Part shown: one piece after another, positions 55,184 to 64,000 of the stretch
Numbering within the stretch: the first letter of the stretch is position 1
Layout of the letters: every line of letters begins with the position of its first letter
Assembly (NCBI GenBank): GCA_036522155.1
Contig: DATDGI010000158.1
Span: forward strand, 3,005-67,004
Direction: 5' to 3'
Length of the DNA: 64,000 nucleotides
From: Streptosporangiaceae bacterium
GTDB taxonomy: Bacteria > Actinomycetota > Actinomycetes > Streptosporangiales > Streptosporangiaceae
The notes under the pieces: model-generated
Databases searched by the model: none
Told to the model about the DNA's origin: nothing
Seen by the model: only the letters and a program-made list of their open reading frames with translations
Program-made: the position numbers and the translations under genes

Positions 55184-57357
55184 CCGAGAACGCTGAGCGC
55201 ACCACAGCCCCGCCCAGCCCGCCGACGGGCCCCAGCATCCAGCGGGCACGCCGCCAGCGCCGCCCGACCGGTGCACCCCCGCCGCTGCCGCATCCGATCA
55301 CCATAAGCACCACGGCGTGGCTCCTGCTGGTGGTTGTCATCCTGACCGCCGCGTTCCTCATCTCGGAGCAGACGCCCTGGCTCCGGCAGGGTGATGGGGC
55401 CAGCACGTGGTTCCTGCGCCTGCTTGCGGGCGTGCGGACGCCGTGGCTCACCGATGTCGCCACCGTGATCAAGGCGGCTGGCTCGGGCTGGGGAGCCACT
55501 GCGGTCGGGCTGTCGGTGGTCGTGCTGACCATGATCTTCCGGCGCTGGCGGCACCTGCTGGTCTTCGTCTGCAGCCTCTTCTTCCTGGTGACCGTCGGCC
55601 AGTGGATCTACAACGGGCTGTCGCGGCCGCGCCCCTATGGTGTGCACATCATCGGCAGCTGGGGCGGGTACTCAGCGCCGTCTCCTCCCGTTGCCACGCT
55701 GACCATCTTCCTCATGGGCGCCGTTTACTGCCTGGTCGTGCCGGGCCGTCCGCGGACCTACGCCAAGATCGCGGCCGGCGTGATCATCGCCGTGTTCTGC
55801 CTGGCCCGCCTGTACCTGGCCGTTGATCACCCCGACGATGTGATGTTCGGCGTCGCGCTCGGGGTGGCGATACCGGTCACCGCGTTCCGGTTCTTCACCC
55901 CCAACGAGGTGTTCCCGGTCGTCTACCGGCGGGGCCGGACCGCCCATGTCGATGTCAGCGGCCGGCGTGGCGAGGCGATCCGGACGGCGCTGCGTGACCA
56001 GCTCGGGCTGACCGTGCTCGAGATCAAGCCGGTCGGCCTGGAATCGTCGGCCGGCTCAACCCCGCTGCGGCTGCGCGTCGAAGGGGGCCAGGAAGAGTAC
56101 CTGTTCGCCAAGCTGTACACGCAGGGACACGTCCGTGCTGATCGCTGGTACAAGCTCTGGCGGACCATCCTGTACGGCGCCCTGGAAGACGAGCACCCCT
56201 TCCAGACGGTGCGCCGGCTGGTCGAATACGAGGACTACGCCCTCCGTCTGCTGCAAGACATCGGGGTCCGCACGGCCAGGCCCTACGGCATCGTCGAGAT
56301 CACCCCCCAGCGCGAGTACCTGCTCGTCACCGAGTTCTTCGCCGGCGCCGCCGAAATCGGCGAAGCCGACATCGATGACGAGGTGATCGACCAGGGGCTG
56401 CTGCTGGTCCGCAAACTCTGGGACGCAGGGATCGCCCACCGCGATATCAAGCCGGGCAACCTCATGGTCCGCTCGGGGGAACTGCTGCTGATCGACGTGG
56501 CCTTCGTCCAGGTCCGCCCGTCACCCTGGCGGCAGGCGGTCGACCTGGGCAACATGATGCTGGTACTCGCCGTGCGCACCGACCCGGAACGGGTCTACCG
56601 GCAGGCGCTGCATTACTTCACCGCGAACGAGCTCGCCGAGGCGTTCGCCGCCACCCGGGGCGTGGCGAGCCCGACACAGCTGCGTGCGTTCATGAAGCGG
56701 GACCCACGTGACCTGCTTAGCGTGTTCCGTGCCCTGGCGCCTCCCCGGGAGCCGATCGTGCTGCAGCGCTGGGGCATCTGGCGGGTCAGCCTGGCCGTCG
56801 CGATGCTCGTGGCCACGGTCATCGTTGTCGTCATCGGCGGCAGGGCGTTCTTCCCGGCGGAGGATATCGGGGCCTACCCGCCGGTGTGCGGCACCGGCCA
56901 CTCGATGATCCTGGCTGCTCAGGCGGTCCCGTCGGCGGCGCTGGTGCCCTGCGTGGCCGCGCTCCCGTCGGGCTGGCACGCTGGCGGCGCCGACATCGCC
57001 AGCGGGCACGCCAGATTCTGGCTGGACTCCGACCAGGCCGGCATCCAGGCGGTGACGATCACCCTGACCGCGACCTGCGACACGTCCGGCGCCCAGCAGA
57101 TCCCCTCGGACCAGCCGGGCACGAAACGGTTCGAGCGCCCACTCAGCCTGCGCCCGCGGTTCCAAGACCTGCGCTTCTACACTTTCCCCGGTGGCTGCGC
57201 CACCTACGCGTTCAGTTTCGCGCCCGGCCAGTCTTCCCTCCTCGCCATCCCAGTCGACGGCGCGGTGTCGTTCGTGGCCAGGGCCAGGCTCGTGGCCCAC
57301 GTCAGGAACACCGAGGGCCTGGCGCTGTGCGGGCGGGGTGCGCCATGCCCGGGATGA
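55180..57357 (+). CDS. Membrane protein: degenerate PAP2-like N-terminal TM domain + protein-kinase-like domain + TM + Cys-rich extracytoplasmic domain
   Basis: LSRPRPY and ARLYLAVDHPDDV (PAP2-like C1/C3, altered). YLFAKLY, IAHRDIKPGNLMV, LIDVAF (kinase-like catalytic loop and metal-binding Asp). The GTG overlaps the SBP stop (GTGA). Confidence 0.7.
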   Translation: MTENAERTTAPPSPPTGPSIQRARRQRRPTGAPPPLPHPITISTTAWLLLVVVILTAAFLISEQTPWLRQGDGASTWFLRLLAGVRTPWLTDVATVIKAAGSGWGATAVGLSVVVLTMIFRRWRHLLVFVCSLFFLVTVGQWIYNGLSRPRPYGVHIIGSWGGYSAPSPPVATLTIFLMGAVYCLVVPGRPRTYAKIAAGVIIAVFCLARLYLAVDHPDDVMFGVALGVAIPVTAFRFFTPNEVFPVVYRRGRTAHVDVSGRRGEAIRTALRDQLGLTVLEIKPVGLESSAGSTPLRLRVEGGQEEYLFAKLYTQGHVRADRWYKLWRTILYGALEDEHPFQTVRRLVEYEDYALRLLQDIGVRTARPYGIVEITPQREYLLVTEFFAGAAEIGEADIDDEVIDQGLLLVRKLWDAGIAHRDIKPGNLMVRSGELLLIDVAFVQVRPSPWRQAVDLGNMMLVLAVRTDPERVYRQALHYFTANELAEAFAATRGVASPTQLRAFMKRDPRDLLSVFRALAPPREPIVLQRWGIWRVSLAVAMLVATVIVVVIGGRAFFPAEDIGAYPPVCGTGHSMILAAQAVPSAALVPCVAALPSGWHAGGADIASGHARFWLDSDQAGIQAVTITLTATCDTSGAQQIPSDQPGTKRFERPLSLRPRFQDLRFYTFPGGCATYAFSFAPGQSSLLAIPVDGAVSFVARARLVAHVRNTEGLALCGRGAPCPG

Positions 57358-58088
57358 GCCGCCCAGCGGGAGCCCGGCAGGCGGAGCACGCGCTCGTGGC
57401 CGCCCCGGGACGGGACATCGCCGTCACCGCCGTGGCGCTGGCGCTCACCGCGGGGGTGTTCGCCGCGGTCGCCGAGCGCGGCGTGCTGACGCACATCCAG
57501 CACACCGACGACGCCTGGCTCCGGCTCATGGTCTCGCACCGGTCAGCACCGGTGACGGGGATCGCCATATTCTTCAACCTGCTCGGGCTTGTCTACATAA
57601 CACTGCCGGTACGGATCGCGATTGCTGGATTCCTTGCCTGGCGCCGCAGGTGGTGGCATCTGGCCGCGTTCGCCGCCGCGGTCGTGCTGTCGGAGATCCT
57701 GATCGGCACGCTGAAAGGGATCTACGACCGGGCCAGGCCGCCCGGATCGCTGGTTGCCACCAGCGGCGCGTCGTTCCCCTCCGGGCACTCCATCGCCGCC
57801 TCGGTCACCGTCGTCGCCGCGGTCATCGCGCTGGTCCCCCCGGGACGGCGGCGCGCCGCGTGGGGGGCGGCCGCGGTGGCATTCTCGGCCCTGATGGCAC
57901 TCTCTCGCGCCTACCTCGGTGCCCACTGGCTGTCTGACGCCGTCGCCGGGGTTCTGCTCGGGACATCATGCGCGCTGCTGGCCGCGCTGGTGGTCGGCGA
58001 ATTCCAGCGCCGCCATAACGGGCGTGCGCAGCGCGGCCCCGGTCATGCGCCGGCTGCGGACGCAGCCTCGCCGGTGGACCGGCGATGA
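57345..58088 (+). CDS. PAP2-family phosphatase
   Basis: LKGIYDRARPP (C1), SFPSGHS (C2), SRAYLGAHWLSDAVAG (C3): all three acid-phosphatase motifs are intact. Confidence 0.85.
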   Translation: MPGMSRPAGARQAEHALVAAPGRDIAVTAVALALTAGVFAAVAERGVLTHIQHTDDAWLRLMVSHRSAPVTGIAIFFNLLGLVYITLPVRIAIAGFLAWRRRWWHLAAFAAAVVLSEILIGTLKGIYDRARPPGSLVATSGASFPSGHSIAASVTVVAAVIALVPPGRRRAAWGAAAVAFSALMALSRAYLGAHWLSDAVAGVLLGTSCALLAALVVGEFQRRHNGRAQRGPGHAPAADAASPVDRR

Positions 58089-60469
58089 GCGGGCACCCGT
58101 TCGCCGCCCGCCTGCGCCAGCTCCAGTCACCCTCCCGGTACCGTCACCCTGGAGACGTGATCCGCCTGATCGCCGGGGGCGTGGTGCTCGCCTGCGCGGC
58201 CGCGGCCTCGGCGGTGGCGTCCCGGTGGCTACTTGGCCCCGCCGCGCCCACCTTGGGGGGCCCCGGATCAGGTGCGGCCAGCCGGGTGCTCACCGGTATC
58301 GTCCAGCTGGCGTTCGTGGCCGCGGCCGCGGTGGCCGTCGCCGCTACGCTCCGCCGCCGCCGGTTCCGCTTGCTGGGCGGGCTGGCCGTGGCGGCCGCGG
58401 TCTCCGCCGGGATCGTGGCCGGGATCTTCTGGTTGCTGGGCGGCCAGCACCCCGATGCGCTCACGGACAACCTCGCGCGCGGCTCGTGGCTGGCCAGCGC
58501 CGCGTTCCCCGCCCCGGCGCTGATCGCGTCCGCGGTCGCGGTGATCGTGGCCGCCTCGCCCTGGATGAGCCGGCCGTGGCGCCGTACGGCGTGGCTCGCG
58601 CTGCTCCTGGTCGCCGCGGCGCGGATCGTCACCGGCACGATCTTGCCGATGGAGCTGATCATCGCGATCGCCACCGGGATGATGGTGGGCGCCGGGGTCT
58701 TGGTGGCGTTCGGGGTGCCCGACCAGCGGATGGGAGCCGGCGAGATCGCCGTGGCGCTGCGGTCGGCGGGCCTGCCGCTCGAGTCCGTCCGGGCTGCTGA
58801 GGTCGAGGCCAAGGGCTCGCGGCCGTTCGCGGCGGCCGGCGCGGACGGACGGCGGTGGTTCATCAAGGCCCTGGGCCCGGACCAGCGCGACGCCGACCTG
58901 CTGTACCGGGCCTACCGGGCGGTGCGGCTGCGGAACGTCGGCGACACCCGCCCGGCCGCGACGCTGTTCCAGGCGGTCGAGCACCAGGCCCTGGCCGGGG
59001 TCATGGCGGAACGGGCCGGCGTCAGAGTGCCGAAGGTCGATCGGGTCATCCGGGCCGGCGATACCGCGTTGCTGGTCCTGGACTGGGTGGACGGCAGCTC
59101 GCTGGCGCGGCTTCCGGCCGGCCAGATTACTGATGACCTGCTCGTGCGGTTGTGGGCCGAGGTGGACAAGCTGCACCGGGCCGGCATCGCCCACCGCTCG
59201 CTGCGGGCCGCAAACGTGATGGTCGACCAGGCCGGCCTGCCCGTGATCGCCGACTTCAGCTTCTCCGAGCTCGCCGCCACCCAGCGGCAGAAGGACTTGG
59301 ACGTGGCAGAATTGCTCGCCTCCCTGGCTACCCTGGCGGGTGAAGACCGGGCCGTGTCCGCCGCGGCCAAGGTCCTGGGCGCCGAGAAAGTGGCGCTGGC
59401 AGTGCCGCTGCTGCAGCCGCTGGCGCTGTCGGCCGGCACGCGCCGGGCTATCGCACGTCAGCCCGGCTTGCTCGCGCGGACCCGGGCGCAGGCCGCCGCC
59501 GTCAGCGGCCAGGCACCGCAAGAGCTGGCCCGGGTGGAGCGGGTGCGGCCCCGGACCCTGCTGGCCATCGCCGCCGCCAGCGCCGCGTTCTACTTCCTGC
59601 TGCCCGAGCTGGCGAAGGTCCCGAGCAGCTGGCGAGCCCTGCAGTCGGCGCACTGGATATGGCTGCCCGTGGTCATCGCCTTCTCGGTACTGACCTACCT
59701 GGCCAGCGCCATGGGGCTGCTCGGCGGCGTCTCGGTCCGGGTGCCGTTCTGGCCCACGGTCTTGGCCCAGGGTGCCTCCTCCTTCGTCAACCGGGTCTCG
59801 CCGTCCAACGTCGGCGGGATGGCGCTGAACGTCCGGTTCCTGCAGAAAGCCGGCGTCGAGCCAACGGCGGGCGTGGCCGCCGTTGGGGTCAACTCGCTCG
59901 CCGGGGCCGTGGTCCACGCGGCGCTCCTGGTGATCTTCTTCGCCTGGGCGGGCCGCAGCCCGGGCAAGGCGTTCAAGTTGCCGTCCAGCAGCACGCTGCT
60001 GGTGATCCTCGGGGTCGCGGCCGCGGTCATCGGCATCGTCATCGCCACCCGCCAGGGCCGCCGTTTCGCGGCTAGGAAGCTGCTGCCTCCATTGCGGTCA
60101 TCCCTGGCCAGCCTGCGGCGGGTGGCGCGGAGTCCAGTCAGGCTGACCATGCTGTTCGGCGGCTCGGCGCTGGTGACCCTGGCGTACGTGGGCGGCCTGG
60201 TCGCCTCCGTGCAGGCCTTCGGCGGCGGCGCGGGCATCGCGCGGATCGGCGCGGTCTACATGGCCAGTGCCGCCGTCGCCGCCGCCTCCCCCACCCCGGG
60301 CGGAGTGGGTGCCATCGAGACCTTGCTGATAGCTGGCCTGACCGCCCTCGGCATTGCGTCGGGCGCGGCCGTTTCCGCGGTGATCATCTACCGGCTGGCA
60401 ACGTACTGGCTTCCCGTGCCGCCCGGCTGGCTCTGCCTGCGCCAGCTCCAGCGCCTGGGTTATGTGTGA
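58085..60469 (+). CDS. Membrane protein: N-terminal TM domain + pseudokinase-like domain + C-terminal LPG-synthase-TM/flippase-like domain
   Basis: Paralogous to the 55180 gene through the kinase-like region, but the catalytic loop reads IAHRSLRAANVMV (Asp replaced by Ser). The C-terminal ~300 aa are multi-TM with SFVNRVSPSNVGGMALNVRFL, typical of the UPF0104/MprF flippase-like domain. The ATG overlaps the PAP2 stop (ATGA). Confidence 0.75.
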   Translation: MSGHPFAARLRQLQSPSRYRHPGDVIRLIAGGVVLACAAAASAVASRWLLGPAAPTLGGPGSGAASRVLTGIVQLAFVAAAAVAVAATLRRRRFRLLGGLAVAAAVSAGIVAGIFWLLGGQHPDALTDNLARGSWLASAAFPAPALIASAVAVIVAASPWMSRPWRRTAWLALLLVAAARIVTGTILPMELIIAIATGMMVGAGVLVAFGVPDQRMGAGEIAVALRSAGLPLESVRAAEVEAKGSRPFAAAGADGRRWFIKALGPDQRDADLLYRAYRAVRLRNVGDTRPAATLFQAVEHQALAGVMAERAGVRVPKVDRVIRAGDTALLVLDWVDGSSLARLPAGQITDDLLVRLWAEVDKLHRAGIAHRSLRAANVMVDQAGLPVIADFSFSELAATQRQKDLDVAELLASLATLAGEDRAVSAAAKVLGAEKVALAVPLLQPLALSAGTRRAIARQPGLLARTRAQAAAVSGQAPQELARVERVRPRTLLAIAAASAAFYFLLPELAKVPSSWRALQSAHWIWLPVVIAFSVLTYLASAMGLLGGVSVRVPFWPTVLAQGASSFVNRVSPSNVGGMALNVRFLQKAGVEPTAGVAAVGVNSLAGAVVHAALLVIFFAWAGRSPGKAFKLPSSSTLLVILGVAAAVIGIVIATRQGRRFAARKLLPPLRSSLASLRRVARSPVRLTMLFGGSALVTLAYVGGLVASVQAFGGGAGIARIGAVYMASAAVAAASPTPGGVGAIETLLIAGLTALGIASGAAVSAVIIYRLATYWLPVPPGWLCLRQLQRLGYV

Positions 60470-60696
60470 CCGGCGGGGCCTGCTCTTCTTCTGCCGCGCT
60501 GCTCATGATCTTGTTCCGGAAGAAGTACCCCTGTGGTGGTCCGGCTGGAACCTTGAGCTGCAGTTCCGGCTGGCCCAGTAAGGGAGCTGGGAGGTTATGG
60601 TGAAGGTCACCCAGGCTCCACCGGCGGCTGACGGCGACCACTGAGCGCGGGAGTGGGCCGAGGTTTCGCGTCCCGACCTGGAGGGGGCACGGCCGC

Positions 60697-63297
60697 ATGA
60701 TCGGGCAGGATCCTGCCGCAGGAGCGGGAGGCGCGGCCAGGCCGCCGATGCCGGAGGGAACGGTCACTTTCCTGCTCACGGATATCGAGGGATCGACCCG
60801 GATGTGGGAAGCGCATCCGGCTGCCATGAGACATGCTCTGGAACGGCACAACGGCTGCGTTAGGGCGGCGGTCGAAGGCCATGGCGGCACGGTGGTCACG
60901 AGCCGAGGGGAGGGAGATAGCTTCTTCGCGGTGTTCGCCAGTGCCGTCGCCGCGGTCGAAGCCGCCGCCGCCTGCCAGCACCGGCTGCTTGCCGAGCAGT
61001 GGCCGCCCGGGATCTCCATCCGGGTCCGCATGGCGCTTCACACCGGAGAAGCGGACCTCTGCGACGGCGAGTATCACGGTCATGCCGCAATCAATCGGTG
61101 CGCGCGAGTGCGGGGGGCGGCGCACGGTGGCCAGGTGCTGGTTACCAAGGCCACCCGCGACCTGGTCCTTTCCCATCTGGACGCTGGCTTGGGGTTCGAG
61201 GACCTCGGAGAACATCGCCTGCGCGACATCAGTGAGCCAGAGCGGATCTATCAGCTGACCCACCCGGGCCTGCCGCGGGAGTTCGGCCCCATCAGCACCC
61301 TCGATCGCCAGCGCGATAATCTGCCGGCCCAGGCGACCAGCTTCATCGGGCGCGGCGACGAGCTGGCTCACGCGCATGAGATCTTGTCACGGAACCGGAT
61401 CCTCACCTTGACCGGGCCGGGCGGGGCGGGGAAGACGCGGCTGGCGTTGCGGATCGCTGGCGAGCTCGCGGGCAGGTTCGCCGACGGGGCCTGGCTGGTG
61501 GAACTGGGAGCCCTCACCGACCCGGAGCTCGTGCCGCAGCAGGTGGCGGTCGTCTTGCGCCGCCCGGATCTGGAGCTCGGCGCGCTGCGGGATAAGAGGC
61601 TGCTGATCGTGCTCGACAATTGTGAGCATCTCATCGGGAGCTGCGCCGAACTAGTCACCTCCATGGTCAGTGCTTGTCCGGGTATCGCGGTGCTGTCGAC
61701 ATCCCGGGAGCCGCTGCAGGTGCCGGGTGAGGTGACCTTGGTGGTGCAACCGCTCGCTCCCACCGATGCGGCGCGGCTGTTCGCAGAGCGGTCGGCAGCG
61801 GTTCGTCCCGGCCTCGATCTCAGCCGCAGCTCTGCGACGGTTGAGGCGATCTGCCGGATGCTGGATGGGATGCCGCTGGCCATTGAGCTGGCCGCGGCGC
61901 GGACCCGGGCCATGACCCCGGCCGAGATCCTCGAGCGGCTTCACGACCGGTTCCGGCTGCTCACCGGCGGCAGCCGGACCGCGGCCGGGAGGCACCAGAC
62001 CCTGCGCGCCACCGTGGACTGGAGCTACGGCCTGCTCGATACCCATGAGAAGGCTCTCTTCCGGCGCTTGTCGGTGTTCGCCGGGAGCTGGCGCATGGCG
62101 TCAGCCGAGGCCGTGTGCGGCGACGGCGCTGGCGCTGACCTCGATGTGCCCGATCTGGTGCTCAGACTGGCCGACAAGTCCCTCGTGGGAGTCGAGGGTG
62201 ACGTGCGCAGCCGGTACCGGGTGCTGGAGACGCTGAGGCAATACGGGCTGGAGCGGCTCGACGAGGCAGGCGAGGCGGCGGAGTTCCGGCGCCGGCACGG
62301 GGAGCACTTCCTGGCCCTCACCATGTCGGATGACTGGCCTACCCAGACGTGGTGGCTCGACGCCCGGGTGCAGGCGGTCGCGCCCGAGCTTGACAACCTG
62401 CGGGCCGCGCTCGAGTGGAGCCAGGCCCAGCCAGCCGATGTCCAGCTCAGCCTCGTAATTGGCATGGCTCCGCTCTGGATGGCACAGGGACGGTTCGCCG
62501 AAGGAGCAAATGCGCTGCAAGGGGCGCTCGATCGCAGCCCTGAGCCCACTATGCTCCGGCTCCGGGCGCTTGAGCGGCTCGGATGGCTAGCGGTGGAGCA
62601 CGGCGATCTCTCCTCCGCCGCGGCCGCCGCAGAGGAGATGCTCGGGCTGAGCGAACACACCGGCGGTGGGGGGCGCGCCATCGCCCTCTCGCTCGCCGGG
62701 TACATCGCACTGCAGATGGGCGACCTGGCCCAGGCCAGCGACAGTCTCGCTGAGGGCCTGATCGGCTACCAGGCGGCCGGCGACCTGGTCGGTGTCGCGC
62801 AGGTCCGTCACACCCAGGGATCGGTTGCCCGGAGGCGAGCAGACCTCCCCGCCGCACAGTCCCTCTTCGCTGAGGTCATCTCGATTGCTGACAAGACCGG
62901 TGACCATGGCCTGGCCGTTTATGCGCTACTGAGCATGATCCCTATCTTGCTGGACCAGGGAGAAACCGCCGCGGCCCGCGACAGGTGGCAGCAAGCGCAT
63001 CACAAGACCAGGACGCGGGAATTGGCCGTGCTCAACCTAGCTTTGCTGGGCTACGCTGCCGCCATCGCCGCCGCCGACGGTCAGCCGGCCCGGGCCGTGA
63101 TCCTGGCCCAGGTCGCCCTGCGACTCCAGGCAGAGACAGGCTGGCAGGACGCCCAGCTACTGGAGTGGTTCTGGCGCACCCTCAGCCCCGCCTTCGAAAT
63201 CCTTGGCGAAGACACCGCCGCAGAGGCACAAGCGAAAGGTGATCTTATGACGGTCGGAGAGGCGCTGGACTATGCGGCTAGCGGCGATGACGACTGA
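60697..63297 (+). CDS. Class III adenylate/guanylate cyclase domain - NB-ARC-like ATPase - TPR protein
   Basis: GTVTFLLTDIEGSTRMWE...SRGEGDSFFAVF...MALHTGEA (cyclase). LTLTGPGGAGKTRLAL, LLIVLDNCEHL, GMPLAIELAA (STAND). The C-terminal region is helical-repeat. No LuxR HTH. Confidence 0.85.
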   Translation: MIGQDPAAGAGGAARPPMPEGTVTFLLTDIEGSTRMWEAHPAAMRHALERHNGCVRAAVEGHGGTVVTSRGEGDSFFAVFASAVAAVEAAAACQHRLLAEQWPPGISIRVRMALHTGEADLCDGEYHGHAAINRCARVRGAAHGGQVLVTKATRDLVLSHLDAGLGFEDLGEHRLRDISEPERIYQLTHPGLPREFGPISTLDRQRDNLPAQATSFIGRGDELAHAHEILSRNRILTLTGPGGAGKTRLALRIAGELAGRFADGAWLVELGALTDPELVPQQVAVVLRRPDLELGALRDKRLLIVLDNCEHLIGSCAELVTSMVSACPGIAVLSTSREPLQVPGEVTLVVQPLAPTDAARLFAERSAAVRPGLDLSRSSATVEAICRMLDGMPLAIELAAARTRAMTPAEILERLHDRFRLLTGGSRTAAGRHQTLRATVDWSYGLLDTHEKALFRRLSVFAGSWRMASAEAVCGDGAGADLDVPDLVLRLADKSLVGVEGDVRSRYRVLETLRQYGLERLDEAGEAAEFRRRHGEHFLALTMSDDWPTQTWWLDARVQAVAPELDNLRAALEWSQAQPADVQLSLVIGMAPLWMAQGRFAEGANALQGALDRSPEPTMLRLRALERLGWLAVEHGDLSSAAAAAEEMLGLSEHTGGGGRAIALSLAGYIALQMGDLAQASDSLAEGLIGYQAAGDLVGVAQVRHTQGSVARRRADLPAAQSLFAEVISIADKTGDHGLAVYALLSMIPILLDQGETAAARDRWQQAHHKTRTRELAVLNLALLGYAAAIAAADGQPARAVILAQVALRLQAETGWQDAQLLEWFWRTLSPAFEILGEDTAAEAQAKGDLMTVGEALDYAASGDDD

Positions 63298-63431
63298 CGC
63301 GGGCAGCGCATCGCCTCGGCCCTGGACAGGCCGCGGACGTGAATGCCCTGCTGCGGAAGTGACGCGTAACCTCGGCTAGTTCCTCTCCGTGCAGGCCACC
63401 CTCCCGGTGTGCCTTCCGGAGCTGGTCGTGG

Positions 63432-64000
63432 TCAGCCGGGAGGCCGGGCCGCCTGGATCAGGCGCTCGATGTCCACGCCGAATGTCCGGTCGCCATCGAT
63501 TGGGCCGATGACCCCGGCCAGCCAGTCCAGTACCGGCTGGCATCCTGCTGGCGGCTGGCGCCTGGACAGCTCCGCCGCCTGGTAGCCGGCGAGCAACTCA
63601 CATGCGGTGACCACGTGAGCGTGCCGCAGCGCGGTGCGGAGTTTCTCGGTGGCCTCCCAGGCGAAGGACTGCACGTCCTCCTGGCCGCCAGATGTCTCGA
63701 TCAGGCCGACCGGGGTGGCGGCCGCCAGGCGCCTCATCGCATGCACTTCCCCGGCGGCACGCTTATGGACTGGCGACAGGCCGGCCTGAGGACCTGGCTC
63801 GCGGGCCAGCTGCGCAGTCAGCCCGGTCACCGTGGGATCCATCAGCCGGTGGATGCGCGCCGCTGCCACCTCCGCCGCATGGCAGAACGCGGCCGTGAGC
63901 TGGTCGCAGTGTGCGGCCAGGTCGATGCCGTGGAACCCGGCGGTGCCGATGAACCTTCCGTCGAGATAGGCGGGGGAGTCGGTGACCCCGGTCAGGGCGC
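63432..64000 (-). CDS. Aromatic amino acid ammonia-lyase/aminomutase family (HAL/PAL-like), C-terminal part; 5' end outside the window
   Basis: The frame stays open to the window edge: TDSPAYLDGRFIGTAGFHGIDLAAH...RIHRLMDP...IETSGGQEDVQSF, as in lyase class I C-terminal regions. Confidence 0.75.
   Translation of the reverse strand, partial: ALTGVTDSPAYLDGRFIGTAGFHGIDLAAHCDQLTAAFCHAAEVAAARIHRLMDPTVTGLTAQLAREPGPQAGLSPVHKRAAGEVHAMRRLAAATPVGLIETSGGQEDVQSFAWEATEKLRTALRHAHVVTACELLAGYQAAELSRRQPPAGCQPVLDWLAGVIGPIDGDRTFGVDIERLIQAARPPG

Noticed and set aside
60597-60644. 15-codon upstream ORF (MVKVTQAPPAADGDH) with a GGGAGG RBS, ahead of the cyclase-STAND gene.
   Set aside because: It is short, has no conservation information and shows no attenuator-like structure. 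It could easily be chance.

Overview
High-G+C actinobacterial chromosomal DNA; most long antisense ORFs in the track are high-GC shadow frames. The left ~31 kb is mostly housekeeping or regulatory. It holds a tyrosinase coupled to a DUF2182 membrane protein, two ABC export modules with a NarL-type two-component system, and a membrane-spanning NB-ARC/STAND NTPase followed by a DUF4397 protein and a class F sortase. It also holds several methyltransferases, a low-GC G1 (eqolisin-like) peptidase, a MarR operon, and a HelD-family gene preceded by what looks like a rifamycin-associated element (HelR-like). A small low-GC islet sits next to tRNA-Lys. The tRNA Glu-Asp-Phe cluster (31.2-31.5 kb) is an integration hotspot. 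The 3' part of tRNA-Phe recurs at about 39.0, 48.9 and 50.2 kb, with a shorter remnant at 42.9 kb. These copies delimit stacked islands. The proximal island is a decayed pSAM2-type AICE (frameshifted int, xis, repSA, no tra). The middle one carries two different IS630 elements abutting on a shared TA plus DrrAB-like genes. The distal one is a GNAT-only remnant. The right end has a TetR/monooxygenase pair and a four-gene, translationally coupled envelope operon: orphan OpuAC-like binding protein, PAP2-like/kinase-like membrane protein, PAP2 phosphatase, and pseudokinase/flippase-like protein. It ends with an adenylate cyclase-NB-ARC-TPR protein and a partial aromatic amino acid lyase. My best candidates for an undescribed system are the STAND-sortase block and the kinase/pseudokinase-PAP2 operon; both are inferences from domain motifs only.
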